Source: a virus (Duplodnaviria > Caudoviricetes). From it: a DNA stretch of 57,675 bases. The stretch spans positions 1-57,675 of IMG/VR virus record IMGVR_UViG_3300006174_000002. One strand, given 5' to 3'. The position numbers were made by a program, and so were the translations under genes. The notes under the pieces were generated by a model. That model did no database searches. It saw only the letters and a list, made by a program, of their open reading frames with translations, and was not told where the DNA came from. The number at the start of each line of letters is the position of its first letter. Position 1 is the first letter of the stretch. This document shows positions 44,799 through 53,861 of the stretch, one piece after another.

Positions 44799-47700
44799 AT
44801 GAAGACCCTAATTCTCTGGTGCTGGCTTTTGCTGCTGGCACTTTGCACCTTCGCGGACACCACCAACATGACGCCTGACGGTTATATCGTGGTGTACAAC
44901 CCAGTGACGAAGCAGTACCAACTGCAGTCGAACAACATTGGGCCGTTCCATAATCCCGGAGTAGGTACGACAGTGACTTATACGCGCACGAATTACGCTC
45001 CGGTTAGCATCAGCACGAACTGGTCTTACTCTGCTATCGACGTTGATGGCGTCGTTGCTTTGCCTGTGACTACCAACTTTTTGTCATTGAACGCATGTAG
45101 CGTCAGTGTAGTCAGCGCAACGATTTTTGATGTCGATTTGGGTACGAACGGCGATCGTGGAAGCATCAGTGTTGATACTACCGGGACAAACGTCCTATGG
45201 CAGCCGACTACTGACTTGTCGACGAACTACGCCCAGGTGGTTGTCACGGATTGTGTCGGTTATCGCACGACCAATACGGTCTCTTTGTTTGCCGTTGTTC
45301 CGCATCCGCCAATTGCGGATGCACCGACATCTGTACACCTGACGTCCGGTGCGTTCTGGTCAACGTATATCGTGCCTATTTATTTCGACCCAGCAGATAG
45401 GTCTTTGCAACTCAACACTGTAAGTACCAACGGTGATGTTTCTACCATACCGTCGCCTTCGTTTGGCGGTTATACTTTGGAAGTCGACAGTACGCCGGGG
45501 TTTGTTGGTACCAACAATGTGCAACTCCTGTGGAGCAGTGTGGCAAACATGGTATCTACTGGTCTGGTCACGGTCATTACCACGAACTGGCCGCCCTCCG
45601 TTATTGCAACAAATGTTAGCATACTGGAGAACACAAGTTTTACGGTACGTCCACTGATACTCGCCACGGTCAACAATGGTGGTGGCTACCTCACCATCAC
45701 AAATGCCAGCGTCGCATCCGGTACATTGACATTCACAACCAACCTGTTGACGTTCCTGCCGCCTACAAACACACTCGGTACGTTCAACCTGCACTACACG
45801 GTGTCGGACAATGTGGCGGGTACCAACGCCGGCGGGCTGGTGGTCGTGACGGTAACCAACGCTCCAGTGCTGGCTCCGAACTTCGCGCTTACCGTGGCGG
45901 ACATGTCTACCAATACGGTTAACGTTCTGACGAACGGTGGCGGTGCCAATTTAATATCCGTATCGGGCTTCCCGGGTGTCTCGGTAGTTGGCACAAATAT
46001 GCTGCTAGTCTGTACGAACAACTACGGCTTGTTTACCATCGCATACGTGGTCAGTGATACGGCCGGCAACACGGCCAACGGTAACATATCGGTTTTCGCC
46101 ACGAACTTACCACCGGTGGCCGGGGCAGTGACAAACCTGGTCGGCATTAACATGGTCTCGGTGTTCCCGCTGTTGAGCAATGCCACCGATCCGGAAGGCC
46201 ACGCGTTGACTATTGTCACTAACGCGACATTGACTGTACTGAATGCGCTGTCGGCTTATGCAGGCTTCAGCGTCATAGGAACTAATTTGCAAGTCGTAGT
46301 ATCAAGTCATGTCGGCACGAATGCTGCCAACTACACCGTGGCGGACAGTTTCGGCGCCACCAATAGGGCGACGTATTGGTTGTGCATTACGGACATGCCG
46401 CCGCTGGCGCACAACGACAGCTATCTATCATTGGAAAATTCTACGAATCTGTTCTCGCCGTTGGCCAACGATGTGCTGATGAACCCCAACGGTACGCTCA
46501 CGCTGGCCTCAATTGCCGCCACTAACTGTACGGCGACCATCGCTGGTAATAACGTTACGTTCTTGCCTACCACCAACTTCATCGGAACGGCCACCATCGG
46601 CTATGCGGTGAACGATGGTTACGGCGGCACGGCCGCGGCGCTTGTCTCGGTGCTGGTAACCAACAGCCCACCGACTGCGACGGTTTCAACGAATGGCATG
46701 ACTGAGAATTCGTCTACGCTGCTGAATGCGACGACTAACATCACCATCAATACACCAGGCGGCACCAACAAGTTAACGACGGCGTCTAGCTCACACGGGG
46801 CAGCGTACGTTGCGGGTACCAACATCAATTTCACGCCGGCCAACAACTACGTCGGCACTACTACCGTGACTTACGCTTACTGTGATGGTATTGGCAGCGT
46901 TACCAACAACTCCTACGTCTGGGTGTTGGTCACTAACAATCCTCCCACGGTTGTGTCAGCAAACTACAGTATGGCGGCCAACACCACCGGCTATTTCGGT
47001 GTGCTGACCAATGCCACGGTGCACACGACCGGCGGAACGTTATCGCTTGTATCAGCAGTGCCCAACACCGGCTCCGCCGTGGTCAGTGGTACCAACATTG
47101 TATTCACTCCCACGTCAGGATTTACCGGAACGGTCGGGATACAGTACACGGTCTCCGACAACATTGGCGGGATTAACACGTCCGGCTTCATTTCGGTCTC
47201 GGTTACCAACGTTGTGGATAACACGCTACGCTTTTTAAGCATAACGCCCGGTTTCGTAGGTGTGCCGGCCTTTGCTCCGTCTTTTGTGGTGACTGGGACA
47301 GGCTTCTCCACGTTGACTGCGGCAATTGCTGCACATGAATTCTGGCTGATTGCAGACAACGGTCAGGGCTATTCTTACCAAGGCTATGCCATCTACGGGT
47401 TGCAAGATGCGAATTCCTTCCTTCAAGGATTCTATGAGAGTTCAGCTTTTGAGCCGCCTGGCACATTCGAGATCTATGCTACCTTGGACGGCGGTGCCAC
47501 GCGCATTGACACTGGGTTGTCAGTGACGTCAGCGTACGCATCTGATCTAGTAAGTGTATTGACAAGCAACATTGGTCCCGATGGCGGTCACGCCTCGGCT
47601 AGTGGCGGCACTGCCTTTTATGCCTTTGACACCTCGGCGCAGCAATGGACTTTTGCACCGACATATATCCCTTATACTGGTTGGGTCCAATACATATTTC

Positions 47701-47960
47701 CACAGCCACACTCTTTTATCTCGGTCAATACGACGCTGGTATTAACCAGCGTAGGCACTGGTACTGTGACAATTTCTGGATCAAATGATGATACTACGTT
47801 TGTTCAACTGGCCCCACCCCAAACAGCCAGCGGTGGCAATACCGACATGACGTTCACTGTCACCAATACGGCTTACTATAATCAAATTCATCTTTCGATT
47901 ACACAGACTGGCAGTACAAGCCGCACCGGCTTGTCCACAACTACAGTAACTGGTTATTAA
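44799..47960 (+). CDS. secreted Thr/Asn-rich Ig-like (cadherin-like/Big_9) repeat protein with C-terminal discoidin-like domain
   Basis: Signal peptide. About 90-aa repeats of the form PP.A.ND...F.P..NF.GT..I.Y.V.D..GG. WVQY.FP...ISGSND at the C-terminus. Confidence 0.8.
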   Translation: MKTLILWCWLLLLALCTFADTTNMTPDGYIVVYNPVTKQYQLQSNNIGPFHNPGVGTTVTYTRTNYAPVSISTNWSYSAIDVDGVVALPVTTNFLSLNACSVSVVSATIFDVDLGTNGDRGSISVDTTGTNVLWQPTTDLSTNYAQVVVTDCVGYRTTNTVSLFAVVPHPPIADAPTSVHLTSGAFWSTYIVPIYFDPADRSLQLNTVSTNGDVSTIPSPSFGGYTLEVDSTPGFVGTNNVQLLWSSVANMVSTGLVTVITTNWPPSVIATNVSILENTSFTVRPLILATVNNGGGYLTITNASVASGTLTFTTNLLTFLPPTNTLGTFNLHYTVSDNVAGTNAGGLVVVTVTNAPVLAPNFALTVADMSTNTVNVLTNGGGANLISVSGFPGVSVVGTNMLLVCTNNYGLFTIAYVVSDTAGNTANGNISVFATNLPPVAGAVTNLVGINMVSVFPLLSNATDPEGHALTIVTNATLTVLNALSAYAGFSVIGTNLQVVVSSHVGTNAANYTVADSFGATNRATYWLCITDMPPLAHNDSYLSLENSTNLFSPLANDVLMNPNGTLTLASIAATNCTATIAGNNVTFLPTTNFIGTATIGYAVNDGYGGTAAALVSVLVTNSPPTATVSTNGMTENSSTLLNATTNITINTPGGTNKLTTASSSHGAAYVAGTNINFTPANNYVGTTTVTYAYCDGIGSVTNNSYVWVLVTNNPPTVVSANYSMAANTTGYFGVLTNATVHTTGGTLSLVSAVPNTGSAVVSGTNIVFTPTSGFTGTVGIQYTVSDNIGGINTSGFISVSVTNVVDNTLRFLSITPGFVGVPAFAPSFVVTGTGFSTLTAAIAAHEFWLIADNGQGYSYQGYAIYGLQDANSFLQGFYESSAFEPPGTFEIYATLDGGATRIDTGLSVTSAYASDLVSVLTSNIGPDGGHASASGGTAFYAFDTSAQQWTFAPTYIPYTGWVQYIFPQPHSFISVNTTLVLTSVGTGTVTISGSNDDTTFVQLAPPQTASGGNTDMTFTVTNTAYYNQIHLSITQTGSTSRTGLSTTTVTGY

Positions 47961-49300
47961 TGCAAAAAATCAAATTGACGGTCGGAATCACTTCTTGGCA
48001 CAACAGACGGACGGTAGTCGACAACATCAATAGCATCTTCAAGTCCCGAGACTTGGACTTCGAAGTTCTGGTTTACGACCAGGCAACTCAACACGGCTTC
48101 CCCGACCCGCTCGCCGAACTGTCCGTCCTGGCTCCCCGCGTCGTTGTCAAATGGTCACAGACCAACACCGGACAGTCCGTGTCACGCAATTGGATCATGG
48201 ATAACGCCAAGGGCGAATTCCTCCTGTTCCTCGACGCCGACATCACTCTCATTCCCGGCTCGGTAGACGCTATGCTTGCATACATGGAACGGTGTCCCGG
48301 GCTGCTGGGTATTCACTACGACGTCCGGTCGGACACTCCCAATCAGGAAACGTCGACACCCTCAGAGTGCGGCATTACCGACGCGGACATGGAAGAGCAG
48401 CGCTTGCTGATGTTCCATTACGCCATGTACCGCACGGACATGATCCGGAAGTTCCGGCTACCCGTGTTCCCGCCGTTCGATGGGCCGGGCTGGGGTGTGG
48501 AGGAGGATGTGGCGCACTTGCACGATCCGTTGGCAACGACTCGGATGATTAAATATCGGAAGTTCTGGCACCACCAAGAGGGGAGGTCGCACAACTTCCT
48601 GAAGGCTCAGATGGTACGGTCTCGGGCGTTGCGCTGGATCAAGTGGTGTATTTTGAAGCAGCAGGATCAGGCTTTGACTCAGTCGCAGTTGGATTCGGCC
48701 TGCGCTCAGGGTTACATCTTGAACGGTCTCAAGTTGGTGGAGAACAAGCAGAAGAACTTCATCAGCATTGCAACTCGGGAGATGTTCTACGAGTTCTTCC
48801 CGATGGCAACAAATGACCATTTGGCCAACACGGTGCTACTGTTCGAATATGAGAAGGCCACGGCGCGGGAAGTTTATGGCTCAGACGCTTACGTACGCTT
48901 CGAAACTTTGCCGACGTCAGCAAGTCCGCTCTGGCTGTTGGCCTGCATGCCGAGTCACGAGAATACAATGGACCGGTTCGAATGGGTCACCAATGCCAAA
49001 GCTGACCAGTTCACCACATTTCCAAGCATCTTCGAATATCGCAAGTGGTTGTCCGGGCTGAAGGCCGTCTCGGTGCAGACCAGGTCAATCTGGATGCATC
49101 TGATCAACGCCCTCATCGGCATGCCTACCATGTTGGAGCAGGGTCTACTAGCAGGTGAGGAAACGGAACTGCTCCAGGAACTCGGCCTGAAGCCGAAGAT
49201 GAACTACAACGACTGTCAGGCATTTCGGCAACTGCATCAGCAGGCTTGCCTCAACCGCGTGATTGTCCCAATGGTCAACACGCTCCTCAAATACACATAA
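47960..49300 (+). CDS. GT2-family glycosyltransferase with C-terminal extension
   Basis: VGITSWH, EVLVYD, NTGQSVSRN, GEFLLFLDAD, GWGVEED. Confidence 0.85.
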   Translation: MQKIKLTVGITSWHNRRTVVDNINSIFKSRDLDFEVLVYDQATQHGFPDPLAELSVLAPRVVVKWSQTNTGQSVSRNWIMDNAKGEFLLFLDADITLIPGSVDAMLAYMERCPGLLGIHYDVRSDTPNQETSTPSECGITDADMEEQRLLMFHYAMYRTDMIRKFRLPVFPPFDGPGWGVEEDVAHLHDPLATTRMIKYRKFWHHQEGRSHNFLKAQMVRSRALRWIKWCILKQQDQALTQSQLDSACAQGYILNGLKLVENKQKNFISIATREMFYEFFPMATNDHLANTVLLFEYEKATAREVYGSDAYVRFETLPTSASPLWLLACMPSHENTMDRFEWVTNAKADQFTTFPSIFEYRKWLSGLKAVSVQTRSIWMHLINALIGMPTMLEQGLLAGEETELLQELGLKPKMNYNDCQAFRQLHQQACLNRVIVPMVNTLLKYT

Positions 49301-50241
49301 TGGATAAAAACTCGGAACGCATCCTGGTGTCACTCTGCGACGCTGGACTAGCGAATCGGATGAACGCGATTGCAGGGGCCGTCATCATCTCTGATCAGAC
49401 TGGGCGTAAGTTGCACGTGTACTGGCCTTTGAATCGGTTCGTGGGCGCCACGGCGACCAGTTTGTTCGACTGGCCCCACAGCATTGTGCTGTTTAGTGAC
49501 TACAACGTCTCGGATACGATGCGAGCCATGCTGGCCACGCGCAACCGCGTCAAGTTCTACAACTGCGGTGTGGACGAGACGGCCACGAACGATTGGCGCA
49601 TGGTGTTGCCGCATGACGATGAGGAGATCGTTTGTATCAAAAGCTGGTACACGCCGGCCGTGTTCCCGCAAGACAGCGAACAGACGGAACGGGCACGGGT
49701 TGCTTTACGCATGCGGGGACTGTTCAAACCATCGGCGCCCCTCAATTCGTTGATTGAGGCCCGATGGAAGAACCTGTCCGAACGTGCCGCGGCTAGGCCC
49801 GTGGTGGGCGTCCATATCCGCTACGGCGACCGCAAGCCAGGTTCGTTCACCGAGTGGGATCCAAAGACCGTGGATGCCTATTCCCGCTCCACACTGGAGG
49901 ACTTCTACAAGATGATGGATCTGACCCTGTCCATCCGGCCAGACACCATGTTTTATCTGGCATCCTACAACCCGGATATTACAACTCAGGTGTTGGCCAA
50001 GTACGGTACGGATCGGATATTCACCGTGACGCCCGGACCGGGTCGGAACACGCCGACCGGCATGATGAGCGACGCGTCGGAATTGCTCACGCTTGGATCG
50101 TTCAGCAAGTTCGTGATCGGCACGGATTGGAGCCAGTTCAGCACGGTTGCGGCCGAGTACGGCAAGTGTCCGTTCATCGAGGCCAGCAACCACCACGAAG
50201 CCCTCAAAACCAGAATCAAATGGTGGATGTCAAAACCCTAA
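49300..50241 (+). CDS. fucosyltransferase-like GT-B enzyme (GT11/GT23/O-FucT clan)
   Basis: GLANRM, VGVHIRYGD, FYLAS, SQFS motifs. Confidence 0.8.
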   Translation: MDKNSERILVSLCDAGLANRMNAIAGAVIISDQTGRKLHVYWPLNRFVGATATSLFDWPHSIVLFSDYNVSDTMRAMLATRNRVKFYNCGVDETATNDWRMVLPHDDEEIVCIKSWYTPAVFPQDSEQTERARVALRMRGLFKPSAPLNSLIEARWKNLSERAAARPVVGVHIRYGDRKPGSFTEWDPKTVDAYSRSTLEDFYKMMDLTLSIRPDTMFYLASYNPDITTQVLAKYGTDRIFTVTPGPGRNTPTGMMSDASELLTLGSFSKFVIGTDWSQFSTVAAEYGKCPFIEASNHHEALKTRIKWWMSKP

Positions 50242-50420
50242 CCCCCGTGCAGCTCCGTCGACGGGTCAAGCAGCTTGAGCGCTGCCTGACAGACGTAGAC
50301 CGATGGCTTGGTGACCGTTACAACGATCACCGGAGTTGCGGCACGGACAAGCCGTGGCACGAGGAGTTTGTTCTGTTGGGTCAGATCATGCGGCGGGTCA
50401 GCCGAACGCTTCGGCATTAG
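50220..50420 (+). CDS. hypothetical protein
   Basis: Small overlapping ORF. Confidence 0.4.
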   Translation: MVDVKTLTPVQLRRRVKQLERCLTDVDRWLGDRYNDHRSCGTDKPWHEEFVLLGQIMRRVSRTLRH

Positions 50421-50510
50421 GGAGTTGCGTCGGCTAGGGGTTTCGGGTAGGGTTTGGGTGTCGCCCCTATGTGCCTGGGCGTGGCATGTTTGAAACTCTG
50501 ACACAACATT

Positions 50511-51122
50511 ATGGATCTGCAAGATTGGCTGTTTTACTGTACGCAAAGTCCTATCGCAGCCAAGCTGTGCGGGTGGGGGTTGCTCTGCTATGGGGCTTGG
50601 TCATACTTCGTGCGGCCTGGCGTCAAACGGCTAATCAGCATGGTGCAGTCCAGCCAACACATGAGCGAAGTGCTGCCGGTGTTGGTCAACATGGCAGACC
50701 AGTTCAAACCAAATGGTGGCAACAGCTTACGAGACGTCGTCGACCGTATCAGCCAGAATCAGATCATCAACACGCTCCGGCACCGTACCATCTGTGCGCA
50801 TCTGGATCTCGCCACGTTTGAGGCTGATGCCAAAGGCAAGTACACTTTCGTGTCTCGGCCTTGGTGTAACTTCACAAATATGGTGCCGAGTCAGGCTTTA
50901 GGTGACGGTTGGATTGCCAGCGTGCATCCTGACGATCGCGACAAGGTCGTGGCCGAATGGCAGCACGCCATTGAGGACAACCGTGAGTTCTATGCCGTGT
51001 ACCGCGTCCTCACATTCGGTCAGGGCGGTATTGTAAGACTGGCAAGCCGGGCATTCCCAGCTGTGGGTTCGACGGCAGACAAATTGGTCGGTTTTGTCGG
51101 TGTAACCACGATTGCTGTATGA
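50511..51122 (+). CDS. membrane protein with C-terminal PAS domain
   Basis: TM helix, PNGGNSLRDVVDRI linker, DAKGKYTFVS..W...LGDGWIASVHPDDR PAS signature. Confidence 0.8.
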   Translation: MDLQDWLFYCTQSPIAAKLCGWGLLCYGAWSYFVRPGVKRLISMVQSSQHMSEVLPVLVNMADQFKPNGGNSLRDVVDRISQNQIINTLRHRTICAHLDLATFEADAKGKYTFVSRPWCNFTNMVPSQALGDGWIASVHPDDRDKVVAEWQHAIEDNREFYAVYRVLTFGQGGIVRLASRAFPAVGSTADKLVGFVGVTTIAV

Positions 51123-51511
51123 TCACTGAACTTGTCACCGAGGTCGTTCCTGAATTAGCCAAGAAACACGGACGGTGGGCGGCTTGGGCCGGCACCGTCG
51201 GCTCGGTTCTCGTCCTCGGCATCAACGCCTACAACGAACGTGAGGCGCAAGCCGTGCAGACCAAGAACAGTGAGACCCGTACCGCGCTGCTCCAGGCCCA
51301 ATCGGAACAGATCCAGGCCCTGAATAATGCGATGAACGATCTGAAGGAACAAGTAGGTGAGCTTCGCGGCAGCATGGGTATCTTCACGACGCGGAGCACA
51401 ATGCCTTCGGTGTCTGCTAGGTGGTCACATCCGACGGTCGCGCCGGTCAACGCTATACAGACAAATGCAGTGAAAGTTGCAGCCCTACTTGAGGAGTTGC
51501 AGAAAAAGTAA
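51119..51511 (+). CDS. membrane-anchored coiled-coil protein
   Basis: One TM helix plus heptads. Confidence 0.65.
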   Translation: MITELVTEVVPELAKKHGRWAAWAGTVGSVLVLGINAYNEREAQAVQTKNSETRTALLQAQSEQIQALNNAMNDLKEQVGELRGSMGIFTTRSTMPSVSARWSHPTVAPVNAIQTNAVKVAALLEELQKK

Positions 51512-51532
51512 ATCTCAGTTTCATTTCAACAT

Positions 51533-51556
51533 ACCCACCCTTGTGGCGGGTTTTTT
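51533..51556 (+). terminator. intrinsic terminator
   Basis: ACCCACC-CTTGT-GGCGGG-TTTTTT. Confidence 0.65.
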
Positions 51557-51561
51557 CATTT

Positions 51562-51753
51562 ATGGCTGAACCCATTATCTTAACGAACTGTGGTAATTAC
51601 GAAGAAGACCCGCACATCTGCGATGACGTTGGTGAAACTAAAGGTCAGTGTGCTAACTGTGGGGCCAAATGGTACGAACACAACCTTGGATTGCTGTTCG
51701 GCTCGGACCTGGAATATGCCCGTCAAATACAGGCATTACGCGGAACAAAATGA
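51562..51753 (+). CDS. small Cys-containing protein
   Basis: CANCGAKWYEH. Confidence 0.55.
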   Translation: MAEPIILTNCGNYEEDPHICDDVGETKGQCANCGAKWYEHNLGLLFGSDLEYARQIQALRGTK

Positions 51754-52013
51754 TTACAAAAACCTTTGATGTGACACGTTCGGTAGTCGTCACGGTCGAC
51801 GAGTCCAAATTCACCCCGGAGTTCCTGCACAACTTCAGCGAGCACTTCCACTCGGTCAATGGCGTCGCAGGACATTTGGAATACCTAGCCGAGTGCATCG
51901 CCGGCGGCTTCATCCGGCGTCGGGATGATTTTCTCGAAGGCTATGGTCACCTCGATCAGTTCGGACTGAAGTTCGAAATTGAATATACCAGCGTCGATGA
52001 ACGCGAAGATTGA
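51750..52013 (+). CDS. hypothetical protein
   Basis: FLEGYG motif. Confidence 0.6.
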   Translation: MITKTFDVTRSVVVTVDESKFTPEFLHNFSEHFHSVNGVAGHLEYLAECIAGGFIRRRDDFLEGYGHLDQFGLKFEIEYTSVDERED

Positions 52014-52175
52014 GGCTCTAGGCCTCAGTTGGCCATTCACCCGTCGTCTCGTCCCAGCCGACGTACAGCTCGCCATCCATCACGTCCATGCGCCCTGGGC
52101 TGACCTCGTCTGGTTAGATCCTAAACGCAATCTGTGGGTGTACATATCCACGCTCCCCATCAACGAAGTTCAACC

Positions 52176-52469
52176 ATGCTCTTACAATACCTCGGACTCG
52201 CCTGTCTGGCCTTTGCCCAAAACGTCGCATTCTCCATCGTCTCTCGCTCACGGAACCGCAGCCACATCGGCTACCACATCGTTGCGGCCATCTTCTCCAA
52301 CGCAATCTGGTTCCTGACGTTCCGTTTCTTGGTGAATCAGAATATGAGTTGGCAGTTGTTCGTGCCCTACACGGCCGGTACCGTGCTGGGCAGTGTGTTC
52401 GGTGTGAAGGTTTCAATGTGGATCGAGAAGAAATTAGGTGCCGAAAGTGATAACCATTTGAAGAAATAA
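52176..52469 (+). CDS. small multi-pass membrane protein
   Basis: Three TM helices, YTAGTVLGS. Confidence 0.7.
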   Translation: MLLQYLGLACLAFAQNVAFSIVSRSRNRSHIGYHIVAAIFSNAIWFLTFRFLVNQNMSWQLFVPYTAGTVLGSVFGVKVSMWIEKKLGAESDNHLKK

Positions 52470-52473
52470 AACT

Positions 52474-52827
52474 ATGCTTAACTATAGCGTCGGTGACAAG
52501 GTGGTTTGTTGTAACGCAGACTTTCCCGAAGGAATCTTGAAATTTTACGAGCAGCTTCCCGTGAAGGACACCACGTACGTGGTGAGAGATATCCGTCTCG
52601 GTGCCGGCTTCGATATGAAGGGCGACATCTCGGTGCTGCTCATCGGTGTTGTGAATCCCAAGGCCGAATCGAAAGCGGCGCTCGAACGCGGCTTCCGAGC
52701 GGATCGGTTTCGCCTCTTGGAGGAGTTGCGCGACGAAAGCCGCCAGCGTCAGGAAGATAAACAGAAGGACTCGAAACCCATTGAGGTCGAGACGGAAGTC
52801 GAAACACCGGAATTCCAACCAGCATGA
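52474..52827 (+). CDS. hypothetical protein
   Basis: VGDKVVC...GFRADRFR. Confidence 0.7.
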   Translation: MLNYSVGDKVVCCNADFPEGILKFYEQLPVKDTTYVVRDIRLGAGFDMKGDISVLLIGVVNPKAESKAALERGFRADRFRLLEELRDESRQRQEDKQKDSKPIEVETEVETPEFQPA

Positions 52828-53045
52828 ACCTACAAGAAGCAATTACCAAAGCCAATGTGATGTTAGACGAGGGGGTCAGCCGTAGCCACGTGTGTTCGTT
52901 TATCAATGAGTTGGCCAGTGCCAAGCTCATTACGAATGCCGAGGCCGACTACTATGCTGACATCCTGGCCGCAGACCGAGGCAATAACGTCCCGGTGCTG
53001 CGTTCCTTATCCCGCGTACTGACTCGGCGGATGCCAACAGCATGA
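52824..53045 (+). CDS. hypothetical protein
   Basis: Coupled ORF. Confidence 0.55.
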   Translation: MNLQEAITKANVMLDEGVSRSHVCSFINELASAKLITNAEADYYADILAADRGNNVPVLRSLSRVLTRRMPTA

Positions 53046-53305
53046 AAGTCGATCAAGCCACAGTTATGAATAATTGGAAAGCCGTTAAAGACGAGTTGCC
53101 GCCTCCGAGACACTTGGTGCTAGTTCTTACCATGCACGAGAAAATCAAGCTCGGCTATTGGGTTCCACGTGAGGATCTGCAGCCAGGTCGCATGTGGTCC
53201 ATTAATGGGCACTGTGGCGGCATCGGTACATCCTGGGAAGTTAAGCCACCAACGCACTGGCACTCGTTGGACGAAATTGCACACGAATCGTATCTAAATG
53301 TTTGA
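53042..53305 (+). CDS. DUF551-like protein
   Basis: W..VKDELP...VLV...PTHW. Confidence 0.6.
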   Translation: MKVDQATVMNNWKAVKDELPPPRHLVLVLTMHEKIKLGYWVPREDLQPGRMWSINGHCGGIGTSWEVKPPTHWHSLDEIAHESYLNV

Positions 53306-53579
53306 CCTCAAAATAATCGTAGATCGCACTCCTGGTATTGATCTGATCGTATCGGACAATCGGCACGATCAGGGCGGTCTGGACACTAAGCAGGAGATGG
53401 CTTTCAAGCACTTGATTCCTTGTGGCGAGTTGGACTATGTATGGCGGGAAATACTCTATGAGTTGGCGTCGCTGCACAACTGGAGCGTCACGGAGACCGG
53501 CTCGGACATCACCTTGCGCAAGGACCTTGCTTGGCTGAAGGCCGTGCCCGACCTGAACAAAACATTAAAACGAGCATGA
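53298..53579 (+). CDS. hypothetical protein
   Basis: Overlapping ORF. Confidence 0.55.
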   Translation: MFDLKIIVDRTPGIDLIVSDNRHDQGGLDTKQEMAFKHLIPCGELDYVWREILYELASLHNWSVTETGSDITLRKDLAWLKAVPDLNKTLKRA

Positions 53580-53830
53580 AGCTCTATGACCGACTCGGTT
53601 ACGATGTTTATTGGAAATTGATGGAAGACGCGGCAGAGCAAGCGATCGTCGCGGATCTGATCGGAGACATGCGGTTCAATGGCACGGATGCCAAAGTCAC
53701 GGCAGCCGGCTATCGCTCCGCCGCGTTCATGTCCGTCGCGGGGCAGAAGTTCCGCGAAGTCAGCCACAACATGACACTGGCCGTCGTGGCACTGGAGCAC
53801 CTCGGTTACACCATCACGCCGACAGCTTGA
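53576..53830 (+). CDS. hypothetical protein
   Basis: ATGA-coupled. Confidence 0.55.
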   Translation: MKLYDRLGYDVYWKLMEDAAEQAIVADLIGDMRFNGTDAKVTAAGYRSAAFMSVAGQKFREVSHNMTLAVVALEHLGYTITPTA

Positions 53831-53855
53831 TTCCCCGCGGGCATGGTGGTAGGCT
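53827..53855 (+). promoter_or_regulatory. leaderless sigma70-like promoter
   Basis: TTGATT-17-TAGGCT-6 nt-ATG. Confidence 0.65.
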
Positions 53856-53861
53856 TCCACC

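Noticed and set aside
44799-47960. Diversity-generating retroelement target
   Set aside because: AAC-rich codons reflect Asn content. I saw no template/variable repeat pair and no reverse transcriptase.
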